NCBI GenBank assembly: GCA_000004985.1 | Contig: GG738847.1 | From: Naegleria gruberi | Lineage: Eukaryota | Reading direction: 5' to 3' (one strand) | Length of the DNA stretch: 64,000 bases | Shown here: piece after piece, positions 1 through 10,888 of the stretch | How the letters are laid out: each line of letters opens with the position of its first letter | Position numbering within the stretch: position 1 is the first letter of the stretch | Program-made: the position numbers and the translations under genes | The notes under the pieces: generated by a model | What the model saw: the letters and a program-made list of their open reading frames with translations, nothing else | Databases searched by the model: none | What the model was told of the DNA's origin: nothing

Positions 1-209
1 ACGAGGTCATTCAAAATATCCAAATGGTCAATTCATTCTATGATATTTCTCTAATGTTCCAATAAATTGGAATGAAAAGAAATTGATCTATATGTAATAG
101 GAATAGGATGGCCTGTAAATAAAATTCCTGCCATTTAAACTTTGCAAAGATCTGAATTTAAAAGCTATTTCCATAAAATTCAACCATACTATTCCAAAAA
201 AGTATTATT

Positions 210-2096
210 TTAAAATTTCCTTAATTTTGATTTTGGTGTTAAATCTTCCTCAATTTCAACATCTTCATCTTCTTGACTACCATCTTCTCTGCATCGTTTC
301 AGAGTATCAGCAAACTCCTCTTCCCAAGAATCTACTATAGCATATTCATTATCTTTCAATTCTCTTGAAAGTTTGAGAAGTGTTCGATCCAACAGGAGTC
401 TATCAGATGCACAATTAATACTACTTGGATTGTTCATTATAGCTGTCTTGACAATTTCGTAATCATCTTGTAAATCCTCGTGAGCCCAATCCAAAGAAGT
501 TCCCGAATTAGAAACTGCTGCCATTACAATTTCCCTATCACACTTGAATTCATCTGATACAAACTGCAAATTTGGTCCATATCCTTGAACTGCACAAAGT
601 GTCACCTCTCTATCACGTACATTTTCCGTATTGCTTTCTGAAAATAACCATGGACATTTGTTAACTACTTGTAATGCTATTTCCTTAGTAACAAATTGTG
701 GGTCAATAAATTGGAAGGAAAATAGCGATTGATTGAGTGCTGCTTGGACAATTTCCTCATTCTGATAATATGCAAATTCCAAGGCAAGTCCATTTTCAGA
801 TACTGCTTTGAGAATAATATCAGGTCTATTTCTCAATCTATTATCGGCATATTGTAAAGCCAATCCACAATTAGAAACTGCTGTCACTACAATTTCATCA
901 TCATCTTGCAGCTCTCCTGAGGTGTATCCCAGTGCCATTCCATAATTACTCACAGCAGCTAACAATACATCTCCATCATTCCTTATTTCCCTATGAGTGT
1001 AGCAAATAATCTCTCCATTCTCTTTAGCCAAATTCAATATGAAACTCTTAAAATCGGTTTTATCTGAGTGCACAAAGGCATACTGAATAGCTTCTGGGTT
1101 ATTTCTAATTGCCTCTGCTATTATCTCATCATCAACAAGATCAATATTAGCATACTCCAAAGATTCTCCATTATTTTGAACAGCTTGGAGTATCATTTCT
1201 CTTGTTTGATTTTCATCATTAATTAAACACAGCGCATTTCCATCATATTCTATTAATTTTTCAGACTCTTCGACAGGAAATCCTTCAACATTAATACTAT
1301 CAACTATTTCTCCAGAGTATTTCACAGACAACTTGGTTAATTCGATAATTTCAGAAAGAGACAAATCGTTAACATGTTGCAAATAGTATTGAGAATATGG
1401 ATGAACTTTCATGACTTCAACAAGAATTTCCTTTCCAATACAATTGCCCATAGTATCGTGACATAATCCAAGGTACAGAGCTACCTTATTACCCACTTGT
1501 CTATCTGTCACTGCTGTTGTAGTCTTAACGAATGGATTGTCATTAGCTCCCAGGATTACAATTGCATCACTTGTAACTTCTGAACCAAGATATTCCAAAG
1601 CCATGCCATTACTTTTAACTGCTTCTGTTGTAATTACCGTGTCCCAACATCCATTATTTTCAAAGACCTTAATGGCCATTCCATCCTCTTTAACAGCTTC
1701 CAATATTAAATCTTTTGTAATATATCTCCAATCCATATCCAAAATTAACATTCCATTCTGCTGAACTGCTCTTTTCCTCACTTTATGATGATTCTGTAAT
1801 CGTTGACTTGCTTTTAAATAAAAATCTCCGTGAAAATCAATATATTTTAGCATGACTTCCATATCATCACACAGTTTTTCTTCCATTTCCTCATCATTAC
1901 ACTGTTCAATCAGCAATTCCAAAGTAGAAGCATTTAACCCAGCCAAAGACAATGCATCAATCCGAAGCTTTTGATATTTTACTTGTCGTTCGCGAGAATT
2001 TTTCATAAATTTTCGGAGGAAATTGTAGGCTTGGCTGATGTGTTGATTCCCAGCATCAAAATCGATGAGATGAATGGAACAAGAAATTTCAGACAT
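210..2096 (-). CDS. DUF4116-repeat protein
   Basis: 628-aa ORF with an ATG start. It contains about nine tandem ~36-aa repeats of the form 'AV.xNGxAL.YA...L..D.E.V..A', the DUF4116 signature, and ends in an acidic tail. Confidence 0.85.
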   Translation of the reverse strand: MSEISCSIHLIDFDAGNQHISQAYNFLRKFMKNSRERQVKYQKLRIDALSLAGLNASTLELLIEQCNDEEMEEKLCDDMEVMLKYIDFHGDFYLKASQRLQNHHKVRKRAVQQNGMLILDMDWRYITKDLILEAVKEDGMAIKVFENNGCWDTVITTEAVKSNGMALEYLGSEVTSDAIVILGANDNPFVKTTTAVTDRQVGNKVALYLGLCHDTMGNCIGKEILVEVMKVHPYSQYYLQHVNDLSLSEIIELTKLSVKYSGEIVDSINVEGFPVEESEKLIEYDGNALCLINDENQTREMILQAVQNNGESLEYANIDLVDDEIIAEAIRNNPEAIQYAFVHSDKTDFKSFILNLAKENGEIICYTHREIRNDGDVLLAAVSNYGMALGYTSGELQDDDEIVVTAVSNCGLALQYADNRLRNRPDIILKAVSENGLALEFAYYQNEEIVQAALNQSLFSFQFIDPQFVTKEIALQVVNKCPWLFSESNTENVRDREVTLCAVQGYGPNLQFVSDEFKCDREIVMAAVSNSGTSLDWAHEDLQDDYEIVKTAIMNNPSSINCASDRLLLDRTLLKLSRELKDNEYAIVDSWEEEFADTLKRCREDGSQEDEDVEIEEDLTPKSKLRKF

Positions 2097-2486
2097 TTTT
2101 TTTTAAAAAATTAAAAATTTACAATTTTATTTAATAATGTGAACTAAAGGTTTACAATATTGAAAATTTGAAAGAGATGGAATTCTTAAAGGGGAAGATT
2201 GAAGAAATTGTTAATGCACACGAGGCGAACCATTCTTTCTAATAATACTCGAAACTAAACTACCTCGGACGCTCAAATTTCATCTATCGCACATTTGTCG
2301 GTCATATTAGTAAACATTCCAGTTTAATAAATTCGCAATTTTAAGAAAATTTCAAAAAACAAAATCAAAAAAAAATTCAAAAAACGTTGAACAAAGGAAG
2401 AATTTTTCAATCTCTTCAAAATATTCATCATCATCATCAATTAAATAATAATAATAATTTTATTCATTCCGATCATCATTATCATC

Positions 2487-3434
2487 ATGTTTGTCGCAGT
2501 TACAGGAGCTTCAGGATATATTGCCGGACATATTGTTAAACAATTATTGGAAAATGGACATAGAGTGAGAGGTGTTGTCAGAGATTTATCAAACAAGAGC
2601 AAGTATGATTATTTGGAAAAGTTTGCAAACTTGGAAAATCAATTGGAATTTGTGCAAGTCAATGATCAAAATTATGAGAATGCATTTGTTGGAGTGGATG
2701 CTGTGATTCATACTGCTACTCCTTATATTTACACTGCTAAGGATCCACAGAAGGAGATTGTAGAACCAGCTGTCAATTTGACAAGAGGTGTGATTGAGGC
2801 TGCTCTTAAGAATCAAGTGAAGAGAGTTGTGATTACTTCTTCTGGAGGTGCAATTTTCAGTTTCCCAGTTCCACAAGGAAAGATCTTTACTAGCAATGAT
2901 TGGAATCTTCAAAGTAATCTCACTAATAATCCATATTTCTATTCCAAGAGATTGGCTGAAGAGGAAGCTTGGAGATTATATAAGGAAAATTCTGACAAGA
3001 TTGAAATTGTTGTTGTGAATCCAGTTTATGTTTTGGGACCAACTTTGAATCCATTTATCAATACCAGTGTTGAAAATTTGAAAAAGTACTTGTTGGGTGA
3101 ACATGAAACAGTTCAAGTTGGAGGAATTGCAATTGTTGATGTGAGAAATGTAGCAACAGCTCATGTATTGGCAGTGGAAAAGAAGGAAGCTGCTGGAAAG
3201 AGATTAATCTGTAGTGGACAAGTTTGTAATTGGTCCGATATTCCAAAAACTCTCAAACAACAATTCCCTCAATATGCTGTAAGCAAGTACACTGAATTCC
3301 CAGAAGCTACTACATATGGAATGGATACTCAACCACTCAAAGATTTGGGACTTGTTGAATATTATTCATTTGAGCAAACTATTAGGGATACTGTTGAATC
3401 TCTATTGGAACATAATTTGATCGAAAAGTTGTAA
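2487..3434 (+). CDS. NAD(P)-dependent epimerase/dehydratase-family reductase (cinnamoyl-CoA reductase / DFR / GRE2-like)
   Basis: N-terminal Rossmann motif VTGASGYIAGHIV, a conserved NxxD/RD pattern and the YSKRLAE (YxxxK) catalytic dyad. The whole 315 aa aligns with the 3-beta-HSD/epimerase family. Confidence 0.9.
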   Translation: MFVAVTGASGYIAGHIVKQLLENGHRVRGVVRDLSNKSKYDYLEKFANLENQLEFVQVNDQNYENAFVGVDAVIHTATPYIYTAKDPQKEIVEPAVNLTRGVIEAALKNQVKRVVITSSGGAIFSFPVPQGKIFTSNDWNLQSNLTNNPYFYSKRLAEEEAWRLYKENSDKIEIVVVNPVYVLGPTLNPFINTSVENLKKYLLGEHETVQVGGIAIVDVRNVATAHVLAVEKKEAAGKRLICSGQVCNWSDIPKTLKQQFPQYAVSKYTEFPEATTYGMDTQPLKDLGLVEYYSFEQTIRDTVESLLEHNLIEKL

Positions 3435-3518
3435 AATAGATAAAATTAAATAATAGTTAATAACATGTTAACCACTATTTTATTGAGGAATTGAATTTGA
3501 CTTGGTAGTGACGAATCT

Positions 3519-4102
3519 TTATAACCCAGTAAATTCTAAACAATGTTTTTCTGGTTTGAATTTATATCCAGCTTCCTCAGTATGATAAATAGTGTACTTT
3601 CCAAAAATATCATAATCAAAAATGGGTGTTACTTTGAGTTTCGAATAGATTGCTTCTGGGAGAAAATTAGTTTTCATACCAATTCCACATAGTTCACACT
3701 GGAAGAGATATTTGAATTTCTCATCTCCTTTGATACTGCTTCTTGAGATACGAAAGTGTGAACATTCAGTTTGTTTCTTCTGGATTAGTACTTTGTTTTT
3801 AAACTTTGAAAGTTCACGTTCGAGGAAGAATCTTGCATGATGCATTCGATTTTCTTCTTGAACTTCGTTTTCCTTCTGCAAACATAATAATTGATTGTGA
3901 ATATTCTGAAAATTACTTTACAATTATTGTAATCTTTCAAAGGTCTTTCCTTTTCTTGAAGAGCTTTCTTCTTAGCCATATGAGGTGACATCAGAGTATC
4001 AGAAACACTCTTGAAAAAAATCTCCTTATCAATTCCAGAAATAATCTTGAATTTCATCTCTCGGTCAACCAGATTAAAAAATCCATTACAATCTCTTTTC
4101 AA
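3519..4102 (-). CDS. hypothetical protein, two exons joined by a 41-nt intron
   Basis: Two overlapping minus-strand ORFs in different frames join cleanly (phase 0) at a GTAATT...TTTGCAG intron spanning 3876..3916. The product is about 180 aa, basic, with a C..H...C..C cluster and no recognised family. Confidence 0.5.
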
Positions 4103-4159
4103 TAATTTTACAAAAAATTCATTCTTGTGAATTCGTGCTGATACAACTTTGAAATTGAT

Positions 4160-6313
4160 TTATTCAATTTGAATATTTCTAAGTAATTCTTGAATTTGAT
4201 AAACTTTTGTAAATTGATAACAAGGCAACGATTGGAAATATTTAATTTCCTTTACAATATCATACATTGATTCTCTCTTCATCCAATTAATAAATTCAAT
4301 TGAATTTGGTCCAATTACAAAATCATTTTGATTTTCTTCCACTAGAAATAAATCTCTTAAATGAAGTCTGACGTATGGAATGATTGATGTGTTTTCCTCA
4401 GATGATTCTTTGAGTGTTTGTCTGTATTCTTGGTAATTTGATTCTTCAGACATGAGTTGTTGGAATTTCATCTTGTTTGCTTGTTCTGATTGATTAATTT
4501 TTAAGGTTTTGACCTCGCCATATTCGAAAGCATTTAGGATAGCTTTGAGTGTGTTGAAATTATTCAATTTTTTCAAATGTTCACAAATTGAAATGCATCT
4601 CTTGATTGGATTTTTAGATTTTGGTTTACAAATTGAAAAACTAATCCATTTGGTGACATTTTCAAAATGAATTAACAATTTGTTGATATTTGGACATCTG
4701 TGTTTGAATTTCAAACGTTTCCATCCGAAACTCATTAATTCTTCCAATCCAATAGCGACAAACAAGTCATATTCATAAAGTGTTAATTGTCTTGCAATTT
4801 CCTCCTCATCTATATCATCCAATGAAAGAGTTTCACAGAAAATCTTTTGCATTGGCACTTTAGGTTCAATATAATTGACATTGACACTCGATGGATTTTT
4901 CTTTTCAGTGGATTGACCTTGTTCAATGTGTTGTAAAATATCCTTTCTCAATTTGATGAATTTAGGTGAGGAATTATTATGATTTTCATGGTTCAATAAC
5001 TTTTGCACCTTGGCAATCATGTTATTGGTGAAATGTTGCGAATGTTGTTCCATCCAATAGTGCAAGAATTTGAGAATTCCTGCCTGAATATTATTTTTCG
5101 ATTCTTGTGAATGATTCTTTGGCAAATTTTTGCATTTCTGAATGAGACGATTCAGAACAGTTTCGGCTGAAATCAGAGACAAGTAAGTATGAAGGAAAAC
5201 ATCCACAAATAGTGAACTCTGTTGATCTGTTGTTAAGGAGGTCAACTTTTCAAGAATTCTATTCAAAGTACCAGCTTGGAATTGTTCATATTTCTTAACT
5301 GGATCCACGTGGACAATTTCATTCTGACCTCCAACAATTTCCTTCCACTTACTCAAATTCTCCTTTTCAGATTCTGTCACATGTCCATATTCATTAATTC
5401 CCAAATCATTCAAACTTTCTTCCAATGCCTTCATAATTGAATTCTTATTCTTTTGTACATTGGCCGAATGTTGAAACTTGTCGAAAATGACCAAATCATG
5501 CAAACGTTCAGTTTTCTTCACTGCTTCCTTTGCCAATCCATGCAATAAACTCTGTTGAACATCAATATCCAAATACTTTCGTTTAGTTTCCTTTTCCAAT
5601 TCTGAAATAGTCCTCTTCAATCCTTCAAATCTCAAATGTTGCATCAAAATATTCAAAACAACATCTTCTGTTAAATTTTCTCTTACTTGTTTCTGACCTG
5701 CATTGTAAACTTCGCCAAATGAAATTGTTCTCCATAATGGATAGATTCTTTCTTGTAATTCTTGAATGACTGGATATTTCTCGAGAATTCTGTTTCTCCA
5801 TTTGGATTTATCTTCTGAATTTGATTTGGATGAGTCTTCGGATGGAGGAATAGTTTCGGTTGGAATAGTTTCAAGTGGTGGATTCGTTTCTGATTTTGAA
5901 CTTTCTGGAATTGCTTCAGGTTGTGATTCTTCTAAAGAAGCAGAAACTGGAAGTGAAGATGGAGAAATCAATGTGGAATTCAACAATGGACGAAACTCTT
6001 CAACATTCCAATGATCTTCATAAACATATCCTAAACTATTTTCGAATAATTTAACCGAATTGTATGGTTTCACCGAATCTTTCAAATTTTCTACATTCTC
6101 CACCACATTCTTCTTTGTAAATCCAATTCGAATAGGAATTTTGTCTTGAGAATTAAAATTTTCCTTTACAATTTTCACATTTTCCAAAATTTCCAATTCC
6201 ATTTCTGATCTTTCGAGTTTTGAATTATTTCCAGAACTGGACAAACTTGATCTCAACTTGAAAAGATTACTTCCAGGAGGTATTGGCAGTTGTGCATTAA
6301 AAGTTGGTGCCAT
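4160..6313 (-). CDS. Ras guanine-nucleotide exchange factor (LisH + RasGEF_N + RasGEF/CDC25 domains)
   Basis: A LisH-like segment (EDVVLNILMQHLRFEGLKRT), a RasGEF N-terminal region, and a C-terminal CDC25-homology region (ARQLTLYEYDLF...IPYVRLHLRDLFLVEE). Confidence 0.85.
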   Translation of the reverse strand: MAPTFNAQLPIPPGSNLFKLRSSLSSSGNNSKLERSEMELEILENVKIVKENFNSQDKIPIRIGFTKKNVVENVENLKDSVKPYNSVKLFENSLGYVYEDHWNVEEFRPLLNSTLISPSSLPVSASLEESQPEAIPESSKSETNPPLETIPTETIPPSEDSSKSNSEDKSKWRNRILEKYPVIQELQERIYPLWRTISFGEVYNAGQKQVRENLTEDVVLNILMQHLRFEGLKRTISELEKETKRKYLDIDVQQSLLHGLAKEAVKKTERLHDLVIFDKFQHSANVQKNKNSIMKALEESLNDLGINEYGHVTESEKENLSKWKEIVGGQNEIVHVDPVKKYEQFQAGTLNRILEKLTSLTTDQQSSLFVDVFLHTYLSLISAETVLNRLIQKCKNLPKNHSQESKNNIQAGILKFLHYWMEQHSQHFTNNMIAKVQKLLNHENHNNSSPKFIKLRKDILQHIEQGQSTEKKNPSSVNVNYIEPKVPMQKIFCETLSLDDIDEEEIARQLTLYEYDLFVAIGLEELMSFGWKRLKFKHRCPNINKLLIHFENVTKWISFSICKPKSKNPIKRCISICEHLKKLNNFNTLKAILNAFEYGEVKTLKINQSEQANKMKFQQLMSEESNYQEYRQTLKESSEENTSIIPYVRLHLRDLFLVEENQNDFVIGPNSIEFINWMKRESMYDIVKEIKYFQSLPCYQFTKVYQIQELLRNIQIE

Positions 6314-6943
6314 ATTTTGTTGGTAATGATGTAAACTTTGTTGTTGGAAAGTGGACGAAAGTGGAATTTGATGAGGAGGTGAAGAACTTGAAGCGACTTG
6401 TTGATTGTTACGTGGAGAAATGTTTCTCGGTGAATTGTTATTAGAATTATTGTGTAGGAGAATGTTGGTATGATAATTAGAAAGTGAGATGATGAAGGAC
6501 TGTTATTCGAATGTGTTGAAGAGGATCGGGAGCGATTATTATGAATAGGTGGAGTGCCAGAAATATTGGAAACTTGTTGTTGATGACTAGAATGATGATG
6601 ATAGGTATTAGAATAACTATTAGAATTATTATTCGAAACCATTCGTATTGGATAATTCAAGGTATAAACCAATCGATGAGGTTCAACATCCACATAATCA
6701 TAAACTCCATCACTGTACAATGTCTGTGATGTTTCTTCTTGACTTGTCTCAACATCAATTGCAGTGCTTGTCATCTTTTTTTTATTATTCGAATCTTACG
6801 GGGTAATTTGGTTCACTCCGTCGTGTGGCTATTAATAATTATAACCAACTTCTCAGATAGGCATGCCGAAATCATTTCATTCTTGATTTGGAGCGAATGA
6901 CATTGTTCTTTGTAATTTTTGAAAACTTTCGAATAGTTGGTTT

Positions 6944-8448
6944 TTACACAGTTTCTAATGGAGAGTTTGACCTTTTGAAATCTTCCACTCTGCCTTCATC
7001 TGCTCCTTCACTGCTGAAACTGTGGTGGCTTGTTTCATCATCGTCATCGTTATCGAATGCATTTCTTGGAGATTCAAGTTTCGAATTATTTCCAGAATCA
7101 TCCATTGCTTGATTTCCAAATGAAGAAATTGAAGAAACATTCTTCTTGATATAATTATATTCCAAAACATCCTTTCCATTCAAAATAATAACTGGTTTCT
7201 CAATTACTTGTTCCTTTCCAACAGTTGACTTATTCGAAACTGTTTCTTCTTTAAATTTAAAGTATGAATATAAGAATGTTCCAACTAATGCAATAGAAAG
7301 TCCAATCAAGGTATGAATTGATAAATCCTTCTCATTTCCAAAGAGGAAATATCCACCAATGAGAACTGAAACTGTTTTTGCGTGACCTAAAACTTGAAAA
7401 CTTTACAATTTTTGTAAGTGAAAAGAAATACTGAAATACTTACGTAAGTGGAGAGAGTTTACCAATAACTAGGTAACCTGAAACATTTACGAAAAATGCT
7501 GCAAATCCTGAAGCTAAAACTGCCAACTGTCAATTTAGGTAAATTTACAAAAATGGAAAATGACAAAAACTTACAAAGAATGATGAATTTCCATTAAATA
7601 AATTAACACTATATGCAATGGAATCTAATCCATCAACTGGAATGGATGCTAATGCCATCAAAATTGAAGAAAACAATGAATGGTTCAGTAACAATTCGAA
7701 ACCATTCATCTTGTACTTTTTACAGAAATAATTAATACACTATTTTGAGAACCAAATCAATATTAAGCACATAATCAATCCATTAAATCATTTCTTGACT
7801 ACTTACAATTTGAGAAGTTGCTCCTGTCAAGATTGCAAACAGACAAATGACACTTCCAAACCAATTTAACATGATATCAAATCCAATCACCAACATCATA
7901 CCCAAAACAATCAAAACCAAAGATCCAACAATTTTCTTTTCCATTTTCATGTTAAAATAAAAGAAATTAATTGCAATCAAACATGGAATGACCATTAATT
8001 TGGAAAGTTGATAGACGGAAATGGAATTGTGGATTAAACTCAAGTTTCCGAAAAGGAGAGCGGAAGAAACACTCAAACTGAAGAGAATGCCATCGGTTAA
8101 GGACATGAATTTACATTCGAATACTGAGAATATTTCAGTTTCTGAATCATTATTCGAAATATGGTTTTCTTCTTTGGAAATTATTATGGGTAATACGGTT
8201 TCTTCTTCCTTATTCACTGCCTGTTGTTTCTCACTCAGAGTTTCTTTGAGTGGATTCTTGAATAAATTATTCAAGACATACAAAATATACGAAACTATGA
8301 AACAAGTAATGAAATGGAATGCCATTAGAAGAGTTCCCGCAACTTTCTTATCATTGTAAATGTACTTGTTGATGAATATGATGGAAACACTGCTTGCATA
8401 TGAAAAGAGCAAGTATCCTAGTTGTTGCATAATAATGCCAAATGTCAT
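6944..8448 (-). CDS. nucleotide-sugar / triose-phosphate transporter family (SLC35/TPT) membrane protein, 4 exons
   Basis: Hand-spliced minus-strand exons 8448..7807, 7709..7575, 7526..7444 and 7400..6944, with phases consistent. The spliced product contains the TPT signature VIGKLSPLTFQVLGHAKTVSVLIGGYFLFGNE and about ten TM helices. Introns are 43-99 nt with GTAAGT donors. Confidence 0.8.
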
Positions 8449-8670
8449 TTTGTTTTGTTTTTTTTGAAAATGCCGAAAGGAAGTGATATCTAATGGGTAA
8501 CAATAACAGCAACGTTTCATAACATTTAACACTGTCGGTCTATTTTAGTCCAATTCCCTTTAGTTGTCCTCTTCATTCAATTTGGAAAGTTATTCGAAAG
8601 TAGTCGTTGAAATTGATAGCACTAATGCGACCAAGTTTCTAATTGGCTGTTTCAAATTCCTCTTGATAAT

Positions 8671-9952
8671 TTATTGTTGTTGTTTCTTAGTAAGTTTAGT
8701 TAAAGCATCCTTCCATTCATTTCCCATCTCCTTTTCACAATTAGGAACACATGCAGTGACAAGCCTGAATTCAATTTGATGATTAGGTGACTTTCCTTCA
8801 AGAATATCTCTATCATTCTCCCATGTGAATAGGCAAGTTCCTGCAAATTCAGCAAATGGATTCAATTCCACAATTTTCACTTGTTTTTCTCCATTCCTAT
8901 CTTGGACAATAATAATGTCGACAATGAAATTGGAAACTTGAATAGCTGGATTATTGATAATGTCCTTTTCCAAAAAGTTTCTCATTAATTGTTGAAGATC
9001 TTCCTTTTGTTTGATGAGTTGTGGAAAGTAAACAAAAGGATTGTATTGAGTAATGCCTGTCAATTTCTTATTACAAATAAATGCTCTAAATTCGTGAGCT
9101 ACATCAAATGTACACCACTATTTCCATTCATAATTTATAAAATTGATTGTGATAATTAGTTCAATATAATTGGATTAAAAGATATTAATTATAATAACAT
9201 ACCTCTCTGAGAATTAATTCATTCGTTTTAGTTGCATCTCCATAAACACCACTAGCAATCTTGTTCAACTCCTGTTGTGCTCTCTCAGATTCCACCAATA
9301 ATTGAACTGCATCCATTCCATTATTCAATTTGAGAGCAGAAGTTGAAGCCTTATACAAGGCATAGACATTTCTATTCATTTGCTCTTTAAAATCGATATT
9401 CATCTCCTTCTCCAATTTCAACAGCTCATTATAATGTTTCCACACAAGAGAAATAAATCCCAATCGATTGGTGGCAGCATCCTTTGGACTCATAGTTGCC
9501 ATTCTACAGAAGAATCCATCCTCTCTATTTGGCAAATCAACTGCACACTCATCCACTCTCTTGCACAAATTCAACAAGATCCCCCTTCTCTCATTCAACT
9601 CATGATCATCAGTATTGACATTCTTCCACTCCTCATATTGAATAACATTGTCCTCCGAATTGGCTTGTTCCGTATCTTGAGTTCTTCTGAAATTTGAAGA
9701 GAAATCCTGAAATTCAGCAATCAAAGCCTTTGCTTCTTCAACACTAATCTTCAAGCTCACCGATTGGAAGGTAAATTGTTTAATGGCTTGATAGTAGTGA
9801 TCAAAGGAAGTCTCCGATAAAAGCCTATTGTAGTCATCATCAGTTTCGCAATAGACTTTTACTTTATGATTGGCTGTATGTTGTTGTTGTTGTTGGGTAG
9901 TAGGAGTAGACTTTAAGGAAACTCCCTTGACAATATCTTGTAGGAAACTCAT
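8671..9952 (-). CDS. CDC123: cell division cycle protein 123 (D123 family), 2 exons
   Basis: The N-terminal exon has FFCRMATMSPKDAA. The C-terminal exon has IVDIIIVQDRNGEKQVKIVELNPFAEFAGTCLFTWEND, the D123 C-terminal motif. One phase-0 intron, GTATGT...AAATAG, spans 9118..9202. Confidence 0.8.
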
Positions 9953-10263
9953 GATGATTTGGTGTTGATAATATTTAAATTAAAGTGTTGTTGATGGTGA
10001 AGAAAGAATAATATATTGTTTAATATATAGTACAGGTAATAATAATAATACAATGTTTTTTTACGGTTGTGTTGTTTGATGTTGAATACAGGCGAAGAAA
10101 TACTAGTTTCAAATCTCTTCTGTGGCTCTTCAATGAACTACGAACTCTTCATAATGTCTTCCAAGTTCATCACTGAATAATTTTTTAAATATTAATTTTC
10201 AAAATTATTTAAATTGGATTGTGGTGATGGTATTCAATATCGAGGAAATGAAATTAAATCTAT

Positions 10264-10653
10264 TTACACAATTACTCCAATAATATTCTCAATAGTTGGC
10301 ACTCCACTTCCTGAGACATGAATTTTAACTTGTTTTGTATCAAAATCAACATCCAAAGAACCACCGGCCCAGAAATTCATAAAAGCATTAAAAGCCTTCA
10401 CTGTTCCCTGATCCTCTCTCGTTCTCATAATCGAGCCAGTGTAGGCCGTTCTTGTATTGGTGGTATTTGGAGTCTTTTGTGGAGTAATAATTCTCTTGGT
10501 GCTTTGATAATTGTCGGGAATGATCTGCACAGTTCGATCTTGTCGAACAATAATGGTGCTGCTCGGATCAAGATCTAGTTGATTATTGGCAGAGAATTGA
10601 GTAAAGTTTACTCTAAAGGAATGAACAGTAGGTGATGTCGAAGTATTGCTCAT
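10264..10653 (-). CDS. hypothetical protein (~129 aa)
   Basis: ORF re-anchored to the first ATG (MSNTSTSP...). S/T-rich N-terminus and hydrophobic C-terminus. No recognisable family. Confidence 0.4.
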   Translation of the reverse strand: MSNTSTSPTVHSFRVNFTQFSANNQLDLDPSSTIIVRQDRTVQIIPDNYQSTKRIITPQKTPNTTNTRTAYTGSIMRTREDQGTVKAFNAFMNFWAGGSLDVDFDTKQVKIHVSGSGVPTIENIIGVIV

Positions 10654-10888
10654 GATGATGATGAACTTGTTTTTTTGATTAAGATAATAATATAATAGAG
10701 AAGGGAAGATGAACATTGTGCAATCAAATTAGGAGTGTATAGTGTGGTACGATATTCTATCTTTCTTAAAAAGGTTGAATATCTTCCCTCAACAAGATAT
10801 CTGATGACCACAGTGCACCACACAAATAGTAATTCAATGTTGCAGATTTATTTACCAAAACACTTTGTAAACACTATTAGTATTATTA

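Noticed and set aside
1537-3246. Short ORFs antisense to or overlapping the DUF4116 gene and the epimerase/dehydratase-family reductase gene (1537..1764, 2589..2912, 2976..3164, 3058..3246)
   Set aside because: They overlap confidently called genes in other frames or strands and have no coding features.
9064-9081. 18-nt GTAATA...GACAG segment in the CDC123 3' exon as a micro-intron
   Set aside because: It is a multiple of 3 and stop-free, so it reads through as FICNKKLTG and is far below plausible intron size. The real intron is the 85-nt GTATGT...AAATAG at 9118..9202.
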